Shown piece by piece: positions 25,518 to 38,518 of a stretch of DNA of 64,000 nt (positions are counted from its first letter, which is position 1; each line of letters begins with the position of its first letter). The stretch lies in assembly GCA_964016885.1 (NCBI GenBank), contig OZ024741.1, positions 372,868,001 through 372,932,000 of the forward strand. Reading direction: 5' to 3'. This DNA comes from Eledone cirrhosa. Its lineage: Eukaryota. Below the pieces are notes generated by a model, which saw only the letters and a program-made list of their open reading frames with translations, was not told the origin of the DNA and did not search any database. Made by a program: the position numbers and the translations under genes.

Positions 25518-25741
25518 CTGGAAGAAGAAGACAAAGAATTTTTGCTTTTACTTCGTGGCTCTCGTCTTAATTTTGACAGCCAGTTGCGAGCTTTTCCTTG
25601 GCTGCCCGATGATGAGGTATTAAGATTGGGAGATAGATATTGCATGTTGACTGTAATAACTGGTACAGTAGGACTATCCAAGTCACTACTGCTACTCGGA
25701 TGCCGCCGACGAAAAAGACTTCGATTCCTATGCCCACTCAT
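25518..25741 (-). CDS. PDE4: Probable alternative first-exon N-terminus of a PDE4 short-type isoform (ATG 25741 or 25645)
   Basis: About 75 stop-free codons of non-repetitive sequence in frame with UCR1: [18 protein letters not shown]...MQYLSP...[18 protein letters not shown]. Confidence 0.6.
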
Positions 25742-27174
25742 CCATACAGATATAATGGAACCAATTTATCAAAATATAATAGAGATTCAGCTGTATGGTT
25801 GTCAATAGTGCCGTCCTCTTCTGTGAAACAGAAGACAAGCCATTTACAATAGAATTCAATCCCAAATGAGCAAGTTGATAGATAGATATATAAAGAATAG
25901 CATTGTGTTTGTTTTGTAGTATTGAAATATCAACAAGGAGCACATATCAGCTTGTTCTAAACAAAGCATACGACATCCATAAGAATATCCGTCAAGTCAT
26001 GCCACTATAATAACATGCTGACATAAACATGTAAAATAAAATGGAATAGTGCCTGTTGATAAGTAATTCTAAGACATAATTAGTACAATATAGAGCATAC
26101 TTGCATAGAATAACAGTAACAAGAACAAATATTAAGTCAATATGATTTAGGTAGTGGCATCACAGTAGTAGTCTTCCAATCAAAGTAAATGCAAAATCAC
26201 AAACGGTATATAGAGGTATGTTTTAAGATTTCATAATAAAACTTATTATTGGAAATATCACAGTAGGTAGAACTTGTTAATTCCATTAAGAATTCCAAAA
26301 TGAAGCATGGAGGTTATAGTAATCCAATTTTGCATATCTGTAAACTGCTATGTATATAGTGAGTGTTATTCCAAAACAGAGCTAGCATAGAGAAATATAG
26401 ATTTTGGGCTGTAAACTGACATCAGTTGTCAATATGAACATAATAATAATTTTTTTTTTCTTTGCATACACGCAAATCAATATTCTTTTTTTCTTTATAT
26501 ATAGGTAAATCAATAAATACTAAAAAATTTAGCTTTAAAAATTATATTAAAAGAGAAAACAAAGCTCTGCATTATCTTTCTATAAACATATTTTTAAAGG
26601 TAACATACAAAAATAGACAAACACACACACACACATGCATGTATGCATGCATGGATACATATACAAATACATACACATACACAGTCACAAATAACTAACA
26701 ATAAATTGGTATTAGTTAGTGTTATTATGTATGTATAATTTTCTAGGGAGATATCATTCTTGGCATAGATTTTCTAAATTATTATCTGCAGTAAATAAAT
26801 GATAGATATGTAGAGGTAGTCAAGTGTGATTGGAAGGTAGAGTTCTTGTAGAAAACACAGTTATTGAAAGAAACTAATGAATGCTTTGGTTTTCCCAAAT
26901 GTAGTTGGCTACTGGAAATGAGATTTAGTTGGGAAGGTTGAAGACAACATGTTAGGAAAGGAGAACTGACAAAATAGACACAGGATAATTAAAGATGTAA
27001 ATAACAAACATACACTTGCATGCATACATCTTTAAATACACACACACATATATATATGCACACCTAAATATGCAAATGTGCACACCTAAATATGCAAATG
27101 TGCACACCTATATATGTATGTACACACACACACACGCATATATATTTAAGTATATTTATATATAAGTATATATA

Positions 27175-27215
<41 letters not shown>

Positions 27216-27297
27216 GGTGTTGGATGCTATATATATATATATATATATATACATTAGCAGATGTTAAATGATGATGATGTATAAACATACACATATA

Positions 27298-27332
<35 letters not shown>

Positions 27333-27576
27333 TCATTATTCTTTATTCTTTTACTTGTTTCAGTTATTAGACTGTGGCCATGCTGGGGCACTGCCATGAT
27401 TTAGTCATTCATAGCAAACCCACAACTTATTTATTCAAGTCTGGTACTCATTTTAATGGTTCTAATTTTGTCAAACTATTAAGTTACTACATTTTATACA
27501 TATATATATATGATGATGATGATGATTATTATATGTGTGTGTGTGTGTGTGTATATATATATGTATGTATATATAT

Positions 27577-27898
27577 GGAGGTATATGGCTTAGTTGTTAG
27601 AGCATTGGCCTTGCAATCGAAAGGTTGTGAGTTCAATTCTCAGACTGGGTGATGTGTTGTTTGCTTGAGCAAGACACTTTATTTCACATTGCTCCAGTTT
27701 ACTCAGCTGTAGAAATGAGATGATAGGGACTGGGGTCCATATCATTCCACTGCAAAGTGGCAAAAAAGCACCCAGCACTCACTGTAAATGAGGTTGGTGT
27801 TAGGAAGGGCATCCCGCTGTAGAAATCAAGCCAGAATCAGTTCCTGTCCCACCCTTGCAAGCAGGGAAAAAGTGGACGTAAAATGAAATGATGAATGA
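27577..27898 (+). mobile_element. tRNA-derived CORE-type SINE family 2, full length, with RTE family B 3' tail
   Basis: A and B boxes, core domain, GGTGTTAGGAAGGGCATCC module; tail GTCCCACCCTTGCAAGCAGGGAAAA..GGACGTAAAATGA matches LINE B 23018-23060. Confidence 0.9.
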
Positions 27899-27904
27899 TA
27901 ATAT

Positions 27905-28430
27905 ATCATCATCATCATTATCGTTTAACGTCCATGTTCCACGCTTGCATGGGTTTGGACGGGAGTTTTCCCACTTGAGGCAAGAGTGGTTGTCTTGCTC
28001 GCATAGGACTGTCTGGCGGGATGCCCTTCCTAACACCAACCACATTTACAGTGTGGGACTGGGAGGTTTTTACCGTGTTTCCTACACGGCCACATTACAG
28101 CGTGGACTGTGTGTTTTTTTGTCGTGACACCTACACGATCTCATTTGTTTCGGCCTGGATGTTGTGGCACCAACATAACTTTACATTGAAAGGGGCGGTG
28201 TGGATGGGACGGGGGTGTATTTTGTTAGAGATGCCGACTGACTGTAGTAGGTTTTACTTTGTATTTAGGTAAGGCGTGTCTTCTCTATTACTGAGTACCG
28301 CCAAAGATCTCGGTCCAGTGACATTGTCTTGGAGAGCTGTAAGTGTGTGAGGTCGGAATTTATCAGGTCGTCCCAGGTTTTTCTGGGTCTGCCTACTCCG
28401 TGGCTACCGTCTATCTTTATTGCCCTGCAC
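27905..28430 (-). mobile_element. RTE LINE family A 3' fragment
   Basis: ORF end plus 3' UTR and (GAT)n tail. Confidence 0.9.
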
Positions 28431-28647
28431 GATATATATATATATATAATAATAAATTTGAAGACTAAAATCCAAAGAGGGCTCGATAAGGATAAATATA
28501 TAAGAACCGTAGAGCAAATATTTATTAAAATAACAGATTAAAGTTTAAGCAAAGAATCGTTGCTTTCACCCTTCAGAAGATCCCGTTAAGGGTGAAAGCA
28601 CCGATTCTTTGCTTAAACTTTAATCTGTTATATTAATATATATATAT

Positions 28648-29083
28648 CTTTGGCGGTACTCAGTAACAGAGAAGACCCGCCTTACCTAAATATATAGTAA
28701 AACCTACTCCAGCCAGTAGGCATCTCTAACAAAATACACCCCGTCCCACCACCACCACCCCCACCCGATCCACACCACCCCGTTCTATGTAAAGTTATGT
28801 TGGTGCCGCGCCATCGAGGCCGAAACAAATGAGATCGTGTAGGTGTCACGACAAAAAACACACAGTCCACGCTGTAATGTGGCCGTGTAGGCAACACGGT
28901 AAAAACCTCCCAGACCCACACTGTAAATGTGGTTGGTGTTAGGAAGGGCATCCAACTGTAGAAAACCTGCCAGACAGTCCTATGCGAGCAAGACAATCAC
29001 TCTTGCCTCAAGTGGGACTACCCCCGTCCAAACCCATGCAAGCGTGGAACACGGACGTTAAACGTTGATGATGATGATGATGA

Positions 29084-29086
<3 letters not shown>
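28648..29086 (+). mobile_element. RTE LINE family A 3' fragment; a further 3' UTR piece follows at 29115-29414
   Basis: LWRYSVTEKTRLT* plus 3' UTR and (GAT)n tail. Confidence 0.9.
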
Positions 29087-29117
<31 letters not shown>

Positions 29118-29665
29118 GGTACCACAACATTCAGTCCAAATAAATGAGGAGATCGAGATCATGTAGGTGTCACGACAAAAAAACAAACACAGTCCACGAT
29201 GTAATGTGGCCGTGTAGGTAAAAAGTTCCCAGTCCACACTGTAAATGTGGTTGGTGTTAGGAAGGGCATCCAGCCATAGAAAACCTGCCAGATAGTCCTA
29301 TATGAATGAGACACAGTCACCCGACCAACCTTGCCTCAAGTGAGACAACTCCCGTCTAACTCATGCTAGCGTGGAAGATGGACGTAAGATGATGATGATG
29401 ATGATGATGATGATTATATATATAATTGAATATACAAGAGAGATAAACACAAATATAAACATACATGTGTTCGAATTGTAAAGGACCAAGTTTACTCGGG
29501 TGAAAAAAATACTAACTATAACAATATGGTTTGGCATATATATATATATATAACTACAGTCCTTGCTGGAGCAAGATGCAACATGGCTAACTATGGCCAG
29601 ACATGCCTCCTGGTGTGGATGACCTGTCTAACCCATGCAAGCATGGAAAAATAGATGCTAAACGG

Positions 29666-29745
<80 letters not shown>

Positions 29746-29807
29746 CATGACCATTTTCCTTATTACCATAATTTTATGTTTGTTTTCCATGGCACCATGG
29801 GATGTCA

Positions 29808-29978
29808 TCTCATTCATATGTACCATATTTGGCATGGTCTCTATGTACCTCTTCTCATTCATATGTACCATATTTGGCATGGTCTCTATGTACCTCTTCT
29901 CATTCATATGTACCATATTTGGCATGGTCTCTATGTACCTCTTCTCATTCATATGTACCATATTTGGCATGGTCTCTA
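29808..29978. repeat. 45-bp tandem repeat, about 3.8 copies
   Basis: Unit TCTCATTCATATGTACCATATTTGGCATGGTCTCTATGTACCTCT. Confidence 0.95.
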
Positions 29979-30603
29979 CGGCTGGATGTCCTTCCTAACA
30001 TCAACCATTTAACAGAGTGCACTTTGTGCATTTTATCATTGGACATGCCCTGGTGAAGTTGTCTTATCATTGCTTTTCTGTTGATTATCTATGCTTGGAT
30101 ACACACACACACATATATACATATGAGAGAGAGAGGGGGGGAGTGAGAGAGAGAGTGAATGAAGGAGAGATATAGATAGAGTGAAGGAGAGAGAAAGTGA
30201 GTGAAGGTAAGAGAGAGAGTGTGAGTGAGAGAGGGTGAAGGAAAGAGAGAGGGAGAGAGAGGGGGGAGATATATGGGGGGAGATGGGGAGAGAGATAGAT
30301 AGGAGGGAGAGGGGGAGAGCGATAGATAGGGGGGAGAGGGGGAGGGAGAGAAATAGTTGTGTCCTTGAGCAAGACACTTTGCTTCATGTTGCTCCAGTCC
30401 ACTCAACTGGCAAAAATGAGTTGCACATGTAATTCAAAGGGCCACACTAAATCTTAAAGGTACACGTGTTTGTGGAATGTTAAGCAGGTTGTTCTGTTGA
30501 TCATATCAACTAGAATACTAGTTGTCAGGGCTGATAGGGGTCCATTGCGTGCATTGCATATAGGTATATTTCTTTTTTGTGTGTAGATGTGCATATGCAT
30601 GTG

Positions 30604-30663
<60 letters not shown>

Positions 30664-30916
30664 TATGAATATATATATATATATAAATATGAATATATAT
30701 ATATATAATATATGATATTAAACAAATGGAAACTATATTTATAAAACCATATTTATTTCATTATACATATTTCAGGGATACCATATTAAAAATATGGCAT
30801 GCCTTCTTCAGATAAAATACAATATATAAGCAGTTTTATAAATAAATTTGACGTACCATAAATATTGATCAACTTCCATTTAAAAAGTCCGTTAAATGTC
30901 CGTTTTTAGTCTTGCT

Positions 30917-31324
30917 AAATGTCCGTTAAATAACAATTGCTTAGTTAAAAATATAATATACAATTGTAATGTTAAAACTGACTTAAATTCTTTTAACTAT
31001 GTTGGTTCCACCTCGACAGAATTTAAACTTCGCTATAATAATCATAAGAATTCTTTCACAGATCCAAGCAAAAAATCTTCAACTTCACTATTAGGCTTAC
31101 TCTGGCAACTTAAACATGATAACGTTGGACATTCGTTGTTTTGGAATATAGTCTCAAGAGGGATTCCTTTTAATTCCTCATCTGAGACATGTGACCTCTG
31201 CGTGGAGGAGATATTCTTTATATTAAAATCTAAAAATTCCCTTAATTTAAGGAGCAATTTATTCAGTTGCTGCAGACATAGATTGAACTCAATGTTTAAA
31301 TATAAATATAAATTTAAAATGTAG
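30917..31324 (+). pseudogene. GIY-YIG endonuclease domain of a Penelope-like element (fragment)
   Basis: KCPLNNNCL..IIY...YVGST..FKLRYNNHKNSF...WQLK...WNI...CDLCVEE...LNLR...CRH: GIY/YIG equivalents, conserved R, E and N, and Cys/His motifs. Confidence 0.85.
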
Positions 31325-32671
31325 TATATTTAGTTAAGATATTTAATTAATTATGAAACCTGACGATAAATCTTTCGATTCCTTCAACTTTTTCTTTTTT
31401 AAACCTTCTTCATAAATATATACTAATGATGTAATTAAACTACCCTAAAATGTTGATGCTCCCAATCTATTGAATAAATTTTACGCTAGATAAACTTCTA
31501 TACTAAATATAAGAGCATCTGTAGAACAACAGGGTCTCCTAAATCTTTTAAATGATTTCTGCTAAATAAGTTTTGTTGAATAATTTTGGTTTTTTGTTTG
31601 CTTTTTGATTCTGATTGCTTCTAATGAACTTGGCAATATATTGTCAGATAAATTGGAAGGGTAGATTTCTGTGGTTGATATGGGGGGGGCATACTGTATT
31701 TTTTACGGCCCTAGATACTCTAGGGAGTGATGAAAGTATTCTTAGCGTTTTGATATATTAATATCTGTTGTCTATTCTATACATGAACGATAATCATGTA
31801 TGTGAGGGCAGGAATATTAATATTAATATATATTTTTATGTATATGTATGTATGTATATATATATATATATAGTAAAATCTTTTATAACGCAAGGGAAAA
31901 TTTTTTCATGTGAAATAAGAAATTACAGAGCTGATCACGTAAGTTCACGTGTATGTCTATAGTGTCAACTAGAACTTGAGATGACCTTCTCTTTTTCTCT
32001 TTCTTTCTCTTTCCGTAAAGTACATATATACTTATGTATTTCCGTATTTTTTGAAGTTTTATCTCAGTTTTTGGTATATCGACCTAAGAATTTTTAAACT
32101 AAACATATGGTCATTATTTTTCACACATTATATATCTATGTCTCATTCATGAATATTGATATTTACATTATAATACCCAATTCATATGAATTGATAATTC
32201 AAATTGATAGGACATAACGTAAAGTTGTAAATCTGTCATCCTTCTCTCTAGATATAGCTCTTTCTTCTCCTCCCTCTATACATGATGAAATTTAAGTATC
32301 GCTGTTTTCTCTTTATTTATTTTTTATTTCTCTCCGTCTCCTTAACACTATAACTAAATAAATAAATAAATAAATAATTACAGTACTCCTTCCCTCCTAA
32401 ATCTCTCAATTTGTATGATGAATTATTATTATTCATCTGTTGCCTCAGCTGCCTCTCATTTTTCACCTCCTCACTATTTCTCTCTCCCATATCTCTCTCT
32501 ATCTCTCTCTGTTTTTCTTTACATACATTTCTTCATTTTCTCCGTCTTTCTTTCTAACTGTGCTTAACACTAAATATTTATAAACATTTCACTACCAAAC
32601 CAACTTTTTAAATGGAAGTTGATCAATATTTATGGTACGTCAAATTTATTTATAAAACTGCTTATATATTG

Positions 32672-32737
32672 TATTTTATCTGAAGAAGGCATGCCATATT
32701 TTTAATATGGTATCCCTGAAATATGTATAATGAAATA
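32672..32737 (+). ncRNA. Minimal type I hammerhead ribozyme; identical inverted copy at 30754-30819 on minus
   Basis: TATTTTAT-CTGAAGA-AGGcATGCCATATT ttt AATATGGTATcCCT-GAA-ATATGTAT-A-ATGAAATA, followed by AATAAA. Confidence 0.8.
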
Positions 32738-33161
32738 AATATGGTTTTATAAATATAGTTTCCATTTGTTTAATATCATATATCTACTCCAAAACTTGTT
32801 GAGTGCTTTATATCAGTTATAAAATATTTACTCGTTGTAACCCAACAATTTTAAATAAAACTTTTGCATATATATAATATATATATATATATATAATATC
32901 ATAAAACATGTCTATAGAATCACCAGATAAAATATATACCATTTCCTCTCCCAATTAGCATAATTAACCATATAAAAAATCGAATAGACCAAGCTATAAG
33001 AATAAAGGCTTCTATGAAGAAATCTCCAACAAATAACCGAAACCAGCCCTTCGCGCCGGCTGCGACGGAATATTTATCGAATATTTCGACACTGTAATCG
33101 CCCAGATAAAACAGTCAATTAAACAGAATTAGGTGTAAAATAAACTAGGAGAAAAGTGAAC

Positions 33162-33200
<39 letters not shown>

Positions 33201-33326
33201 CGAAGGAAATGTGGTAAGGAACCAGGTGGACCATAATGCACCAAAGTACTCAATACTTAGTAGAGTGGGTAATAGGAACGAGTAGGACCCCGTCGGTTGG
33301 GCACAAGCATTGGACTCCTACTCGTT

Positions 33327-33389
<63 letters not shown>

Positions 33390-33391
<2 letters not shown>

Positions 33392-35775
33392 AGACTATCA
33401 AGTGGCCAGGAGGGAAGCTAGGAGACAAGTGTACTTCGCAAGAAGGGAAGCAGAGGAAAGAAAGTTCAAGCATGTTCTACAATGCGAGGACCAAAAACGT
33501 GAGGTGTTCAGGATTGCTAGGCAATGTGTCAAGGAAAACCGTGATATTGTCGGGGAGAAGTGTGTCCTTAATGATGATGGTGTACTTGCCATCACTGACA
33601 CTGATAAGAAGGTAGCTTGGAAGTGTCACTACGAAAGGCTACTAAATGAAGAGAATAAATGGGAGAAAGGCAGTCTCCCCCATATCGATCCAATAGAGGG
33701 ACCAGCAGTGTTAGTTGAAGGTAGTATAATAAGTAAGGCAATCAAAGATATGAAGACGGGTAAGGCGGCTGGGCCTTCGGAAATAGTTGCTGAAATGCTG
33801 AAAGCTTCTGGAACGGTGGAAAACACTATGGTCACCCGGATAGTAAACCAAGTCATACAGAATGGGATTGTTTCGAAGGACTGGCGTAGCAGCATCATCA
33901 TTAACTGCTACAAGGGTAAAGGAGATGCCCTAGATAGGGGAAACTATAGAGGTATTAAATTAATCGACCAGGTCATGAAGGTCACAGAAAAAGTAATAGC
34001 GCAACTAATCAGAGAGCGAATTGATCTAGATGAAATGCAGTTCGGGTTTGTGTCGGGTAAAAGTACCACAGACGCTCATTTCATTGTAACAAAACTACAG
34101 GAGAAGTACCTAGCTAAAAGTAAACACCTATACTTAGCTTTTGTCGACTTGGAGAAAGCCTTTGACAGAGTCCCCCGTTCCATTATCTCGTGGGCTCTTA
34201 GAAAACTAGGTGTTGATGAATGGCTTGTGAGAGCTATACAAGCCATGTATAAAGAAACAGTCAGCGAGGTTAGAATTAACAACGAATATAGTGAAGAGTT
34301 TAGCGTAAAAGTTGGTGTTCATCAGGGCTCCGTTCTTAGCCCCCTACTATTTATTATTGCCCTTCAGGCTATAACAGAGGAGTTCAAGACTGGCTGCCCA
34401 TGAGAACTCCTATATGCAGATGATCTAACGCTCATAGCTGAATCAATGGCTGAACTAGAGAAGAAATTCCAAACATGGAAGCATGGCCTAGAATCAAAAG
34501 GCCTTAAAATTAACCTGTCTAAGACTAAAGTTCTAGTTTGTAGGAAGGAAAATAAGGCACCGGTCCCATCCGGGAAATGGCCATGCTCAGTGTGTAGGAA
34601 AGGAGTAGGCAGAAACTCCATTTTATGTCCCAAATGCAAAGTATGGGTGCATAAAAGATGTAGTGGGATCACAGGTAAGCTAACTAAGAATATAGATTTT
34701 ATATGTGGCCGGTGCTCTGGTGCAATAAGTAGCAGCAAGTGCCCATAGAATACTAGCTCATTCCATTGCACAGATGGTTCTATAGAAATAGTGGACACCT
34801 TCTGTTACTTGGGTGACAAAATCAGCAGTGGTGGAGGGTGCTCTGAAAGTACAGTAGCTAGAGTCAGAACGGGATGGAAAAAGTTCAGAGAGCTTATACC
34901 ACTATTAGCTGCTAAAGCGTTCTCTCTAAAAATGAAAGGCAGGCTTTATGATGCCTGCATACGAACAGCAATGTTACATGGCAGTGAGACCTGGGCATTG
35001 TGTGCAGAGGATATACGCAGACTGGAGAGGAACGAAGCTTGTATGCTCCACTGGATGTGTAATAGTAATATACGTGAACGGCAAAGCATAAACGAACTAA
35101 GGGAAAAATTAGAAATAAGAGGGATCAGATGTTGTTTACTCAAGAGAAGACTACATTGGCATGGTCACGTGATGCGCATGAAAGACGACAGCTGTATAAA
35201 AAAGAGCAGGGCAATAAAAATAGACAGTAGACACGGAGTAGGCAGACTCAGAAAAACCTGGGACGACCTGATAAATTCCGACCTCACATAATTACACCCC
35301 TCCAAGACAATGTCACTGGACCGAGATCTTTGGCGCTACACAGTAATACAGAAGACCCGCCTTACCTAAGTACAAAGTGAAACCTACTATAGTCAGTAGG
35401 CACCTCTAACAAAAATACACACACGTCCCACTACCACAACCCCATCCACACCACCCCTTTCAATGTAAAGTTATGTTGGTACCAAAACATCCAGTCCGCA
35501 ACAAATGAGGTCGTGTAGGTGTCTCGACAACCCCCCCCCCCCAAAAAAAAAAAACAGTCCACGCTGTAATGTGGCCATGTAGGTAACACAGTAAAAACCT
35601 CCCAGTCCACACTGTAAACGTGGTTGGTGTTAGGAAGGGCATCCAGCTGTAGAAAACCCGCCAGACAGTCCTATGTGAGCAAGACAACCACTCTTGCCTC
35701 AAGTGGGAAAACTCCTGTCTAAACCCATGCAAGCGTGGAAGATGGACATTAAACGATGATGATGATGATGATGAT
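33390..35775 (+). mobile_element. RTE LINE family A, 5'-truncated, with nonsense mutations
   Basis: ORF pieces 33390-34403, 34446-34748 and 34791-35291 in one frame; 3' UTR; (GAT)n tail; flanked by (TA)n. Confidence 0.95.
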
Positions 35776-35894
35776 ATATATATATATATAATATATATAT
35801 ATATATAATATATATAATATATAATATATACATATAATATAATATATATAATATATATATTATATATATATATATATAATATATATATGTATAT

Positions 35895-35928
<34 letters not shown>

Positions 35929-36139
35929 ATATATATATATATATAATATTTATATATAATATATATATATATATATATAATATATATATATATATATAAT
36001 ATTTATATATATATAATATATATATATAATATATATATATATATATAATATATATATAATATATATATATTTATAATATATATATATATAATATATATAT
36101 ATATATAATATATATATACATGTATATATATATATATGT

Positions 36140-36644
<505 letters not shown>

Positions 36645-36722
36645 ATATAATATATATATATATAATATATATAATATATATATATATATATATAATATAT
36701 ATATATAATATATATATATATA

Positions 36723-36765
<43 letters not shown>

Positions 36766-36802
36766 TATATATAATATATATATATATAATATATATATAT
36801 AT

Positions 36803-38453
36803 ATCATCATCATCATCATCATCATCAGGTTTAGCGTCCGTGTTCCACGCTTGCATGGGTTTGGACGGGGGTTTTCCCACTTGAGGCAAGAGTGGTTGTC
36901 TTGCTCGCATAGGACTGTCTGGCGGGTTTTCTACAGTTGGATGCCCTTCCTAACACCAACCACATTTACAGTGTGGGGCTGGGAGGTTTTTACCGTGTTG
37001 CCTACACGGCCACATTACAGCGTGGACTGTCTGGCGGGTTTTCTACAGCTGGATGCCCTTCCTAACACCAACCACATTTACAGTGTGGGGCTGGGAGGTT
37101 TTTACCGTGTTGCCTACACGGCCACATTTACAGCGTGGACTGTGTGTTTTTTGTCGTGACACCTACATGATCTCATTTGTTTCGGCCTGGATGTTGTGGA
37201 CCAACATAACTTTACATTGAAAGGGGCGGTGTGGGTGGGGTGGAGGTGGTGGGACGGGGGTGTGTTTTGATAGAGATGCCTACTGACTGTAGTAGGTTTT
37301 TACTTTGTATTTAGGTAAGGCGGGTCTTCTCTATTACTGAGTACCGCCAAAGGTCTCGGTCCAGTGACATTGTCTTGGAGAGGTGTAAGCGTGTGAGGTC
37401 GGAATTTATCAGCTCGTCCCATGTTTTTCTGGGTCTGCCTACTCCGTGGCTACCGTCTATCTTTATTGCCCTGCACTTTGTTATACAGCTGTCGTCTTTC
37501 ATGCGCATCACGTGACCGTACCAACGTAGCCTTCTCTCGAGTAAACAACATCTGATCCCTCTTATTTCTAATTTTTCCTTAGTTTGTTTATGCTTTGCCG
37601 TTCACGTATATTACTATTGCACATCCAGCGGAGCATGCAAGCTTCGTTCCTCTCTAGTCTGCGTATATCCTCTGCACACAATGCCCAGGTCTCACTGCCA
37701 TGCAGCATTGCTGTTCGTATGCAGGCATCGTATAACCTGCCTTTCATTTTTAGGGAGAACCCTCTAGCGGCTAATAGTGGTATAAGCTCTCTGAACTTTT
37801 TCCATCCAGTTCTGACTCTAGCTACTGTACTTTCAGAGCACCTTCCCCCACTGCTGATTTTGTCACCCAGATAACGGAAGCTGTCCACTATTTCTATAGA
37901 ACCCTCTGCGCAGTTGAAGGAGCTAGTATTTGTGGGCACTTGCTGCTACTTATTGCACCAGAGCACCGGCCACATGTAAAATCTATGTTCTTAGTTAGCT
38001 TACCTGTGATCCCACTACATCTTTTATGCACCCATACTTTGCATTTGGGACATAAAATGGAGTTTCTACCTACGCCTTTCCTACACACTGAGCATGGCCA
38101 TTTCCCCGATGGGACCGCCGCCTTATTTTCTTTCCTACAAACTAGAACTTTAGTCTTAGCCAGGTTAATTTTAAGGCCTTTTGATTCTAGGCCGTGCTTC
38201 CACGTTTGGAATTTCTTCTCTAGTTCGGTCATTGATTCAGCTATGAGCGTTAGATCATCTGCGTATAGGAGTTCCCATGGGCAGCCGGTCTTGAACTCCT
38301 CTGTTATAGCCTGAAGGGCAATAATAAATAGTAGGGGGCTAAGAACAGAGCCCTGATGGACACCAACTTTTACGCTAAACTCTTCACTATATTCGTTGTT
38401 AATTCTAACCTTACTGACTGTTTCTTTATACATGGCTTGTATAGCTCTCACAA
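36803..38453 (-). mobile_element. RTE LINE family A 3' 1.65 kb, inverted twin of 41272-42917
   Basis: Minus ORFs 37894-38529, 37568-37939 and 37311-37511; shares private variants and a 112-bp 3' UTR duplication with the adjacent copy. Confidence 0.95.
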
Positions 38454-38518
38454 AAAATATATAATATATAAAATATATAATATATAAAAAAAAAAAAAAA
38501 AAAAAAATAAATAAATAA

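Larger units (their letters stand above)
30708..32869 (+). mobile_element. Penelope-like retroelement, 5'-truncated: inverted pLTR piece, GIY-YIG endonuclease C-terminus, long 3' region and pLTR with hammerhead
   Basis: 181-bp inverted repeats at 30708-30888 and 32603-32783; GIY-YIG ORF 30896-31324; both ends in (TA)n. Confidence 0.85.

Noticed and set aside
27577-27650. tRNA gene
   Set aside because: The tRNA-like A/B-box head continues into a SINE core and tail and is multi-copy.
29808-29978. 45-bp, 72-bp and 40-bp repeats as CRISPR arrays
   Set aside because: Contiguous tandem units with no unique spacers, no cas genes, and a eukaryotic context.
31325-31850. Second ORF within the Penelope-like element
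   Set aside because: Multiple stops in the frames examined on both strands, and no RT motifs.
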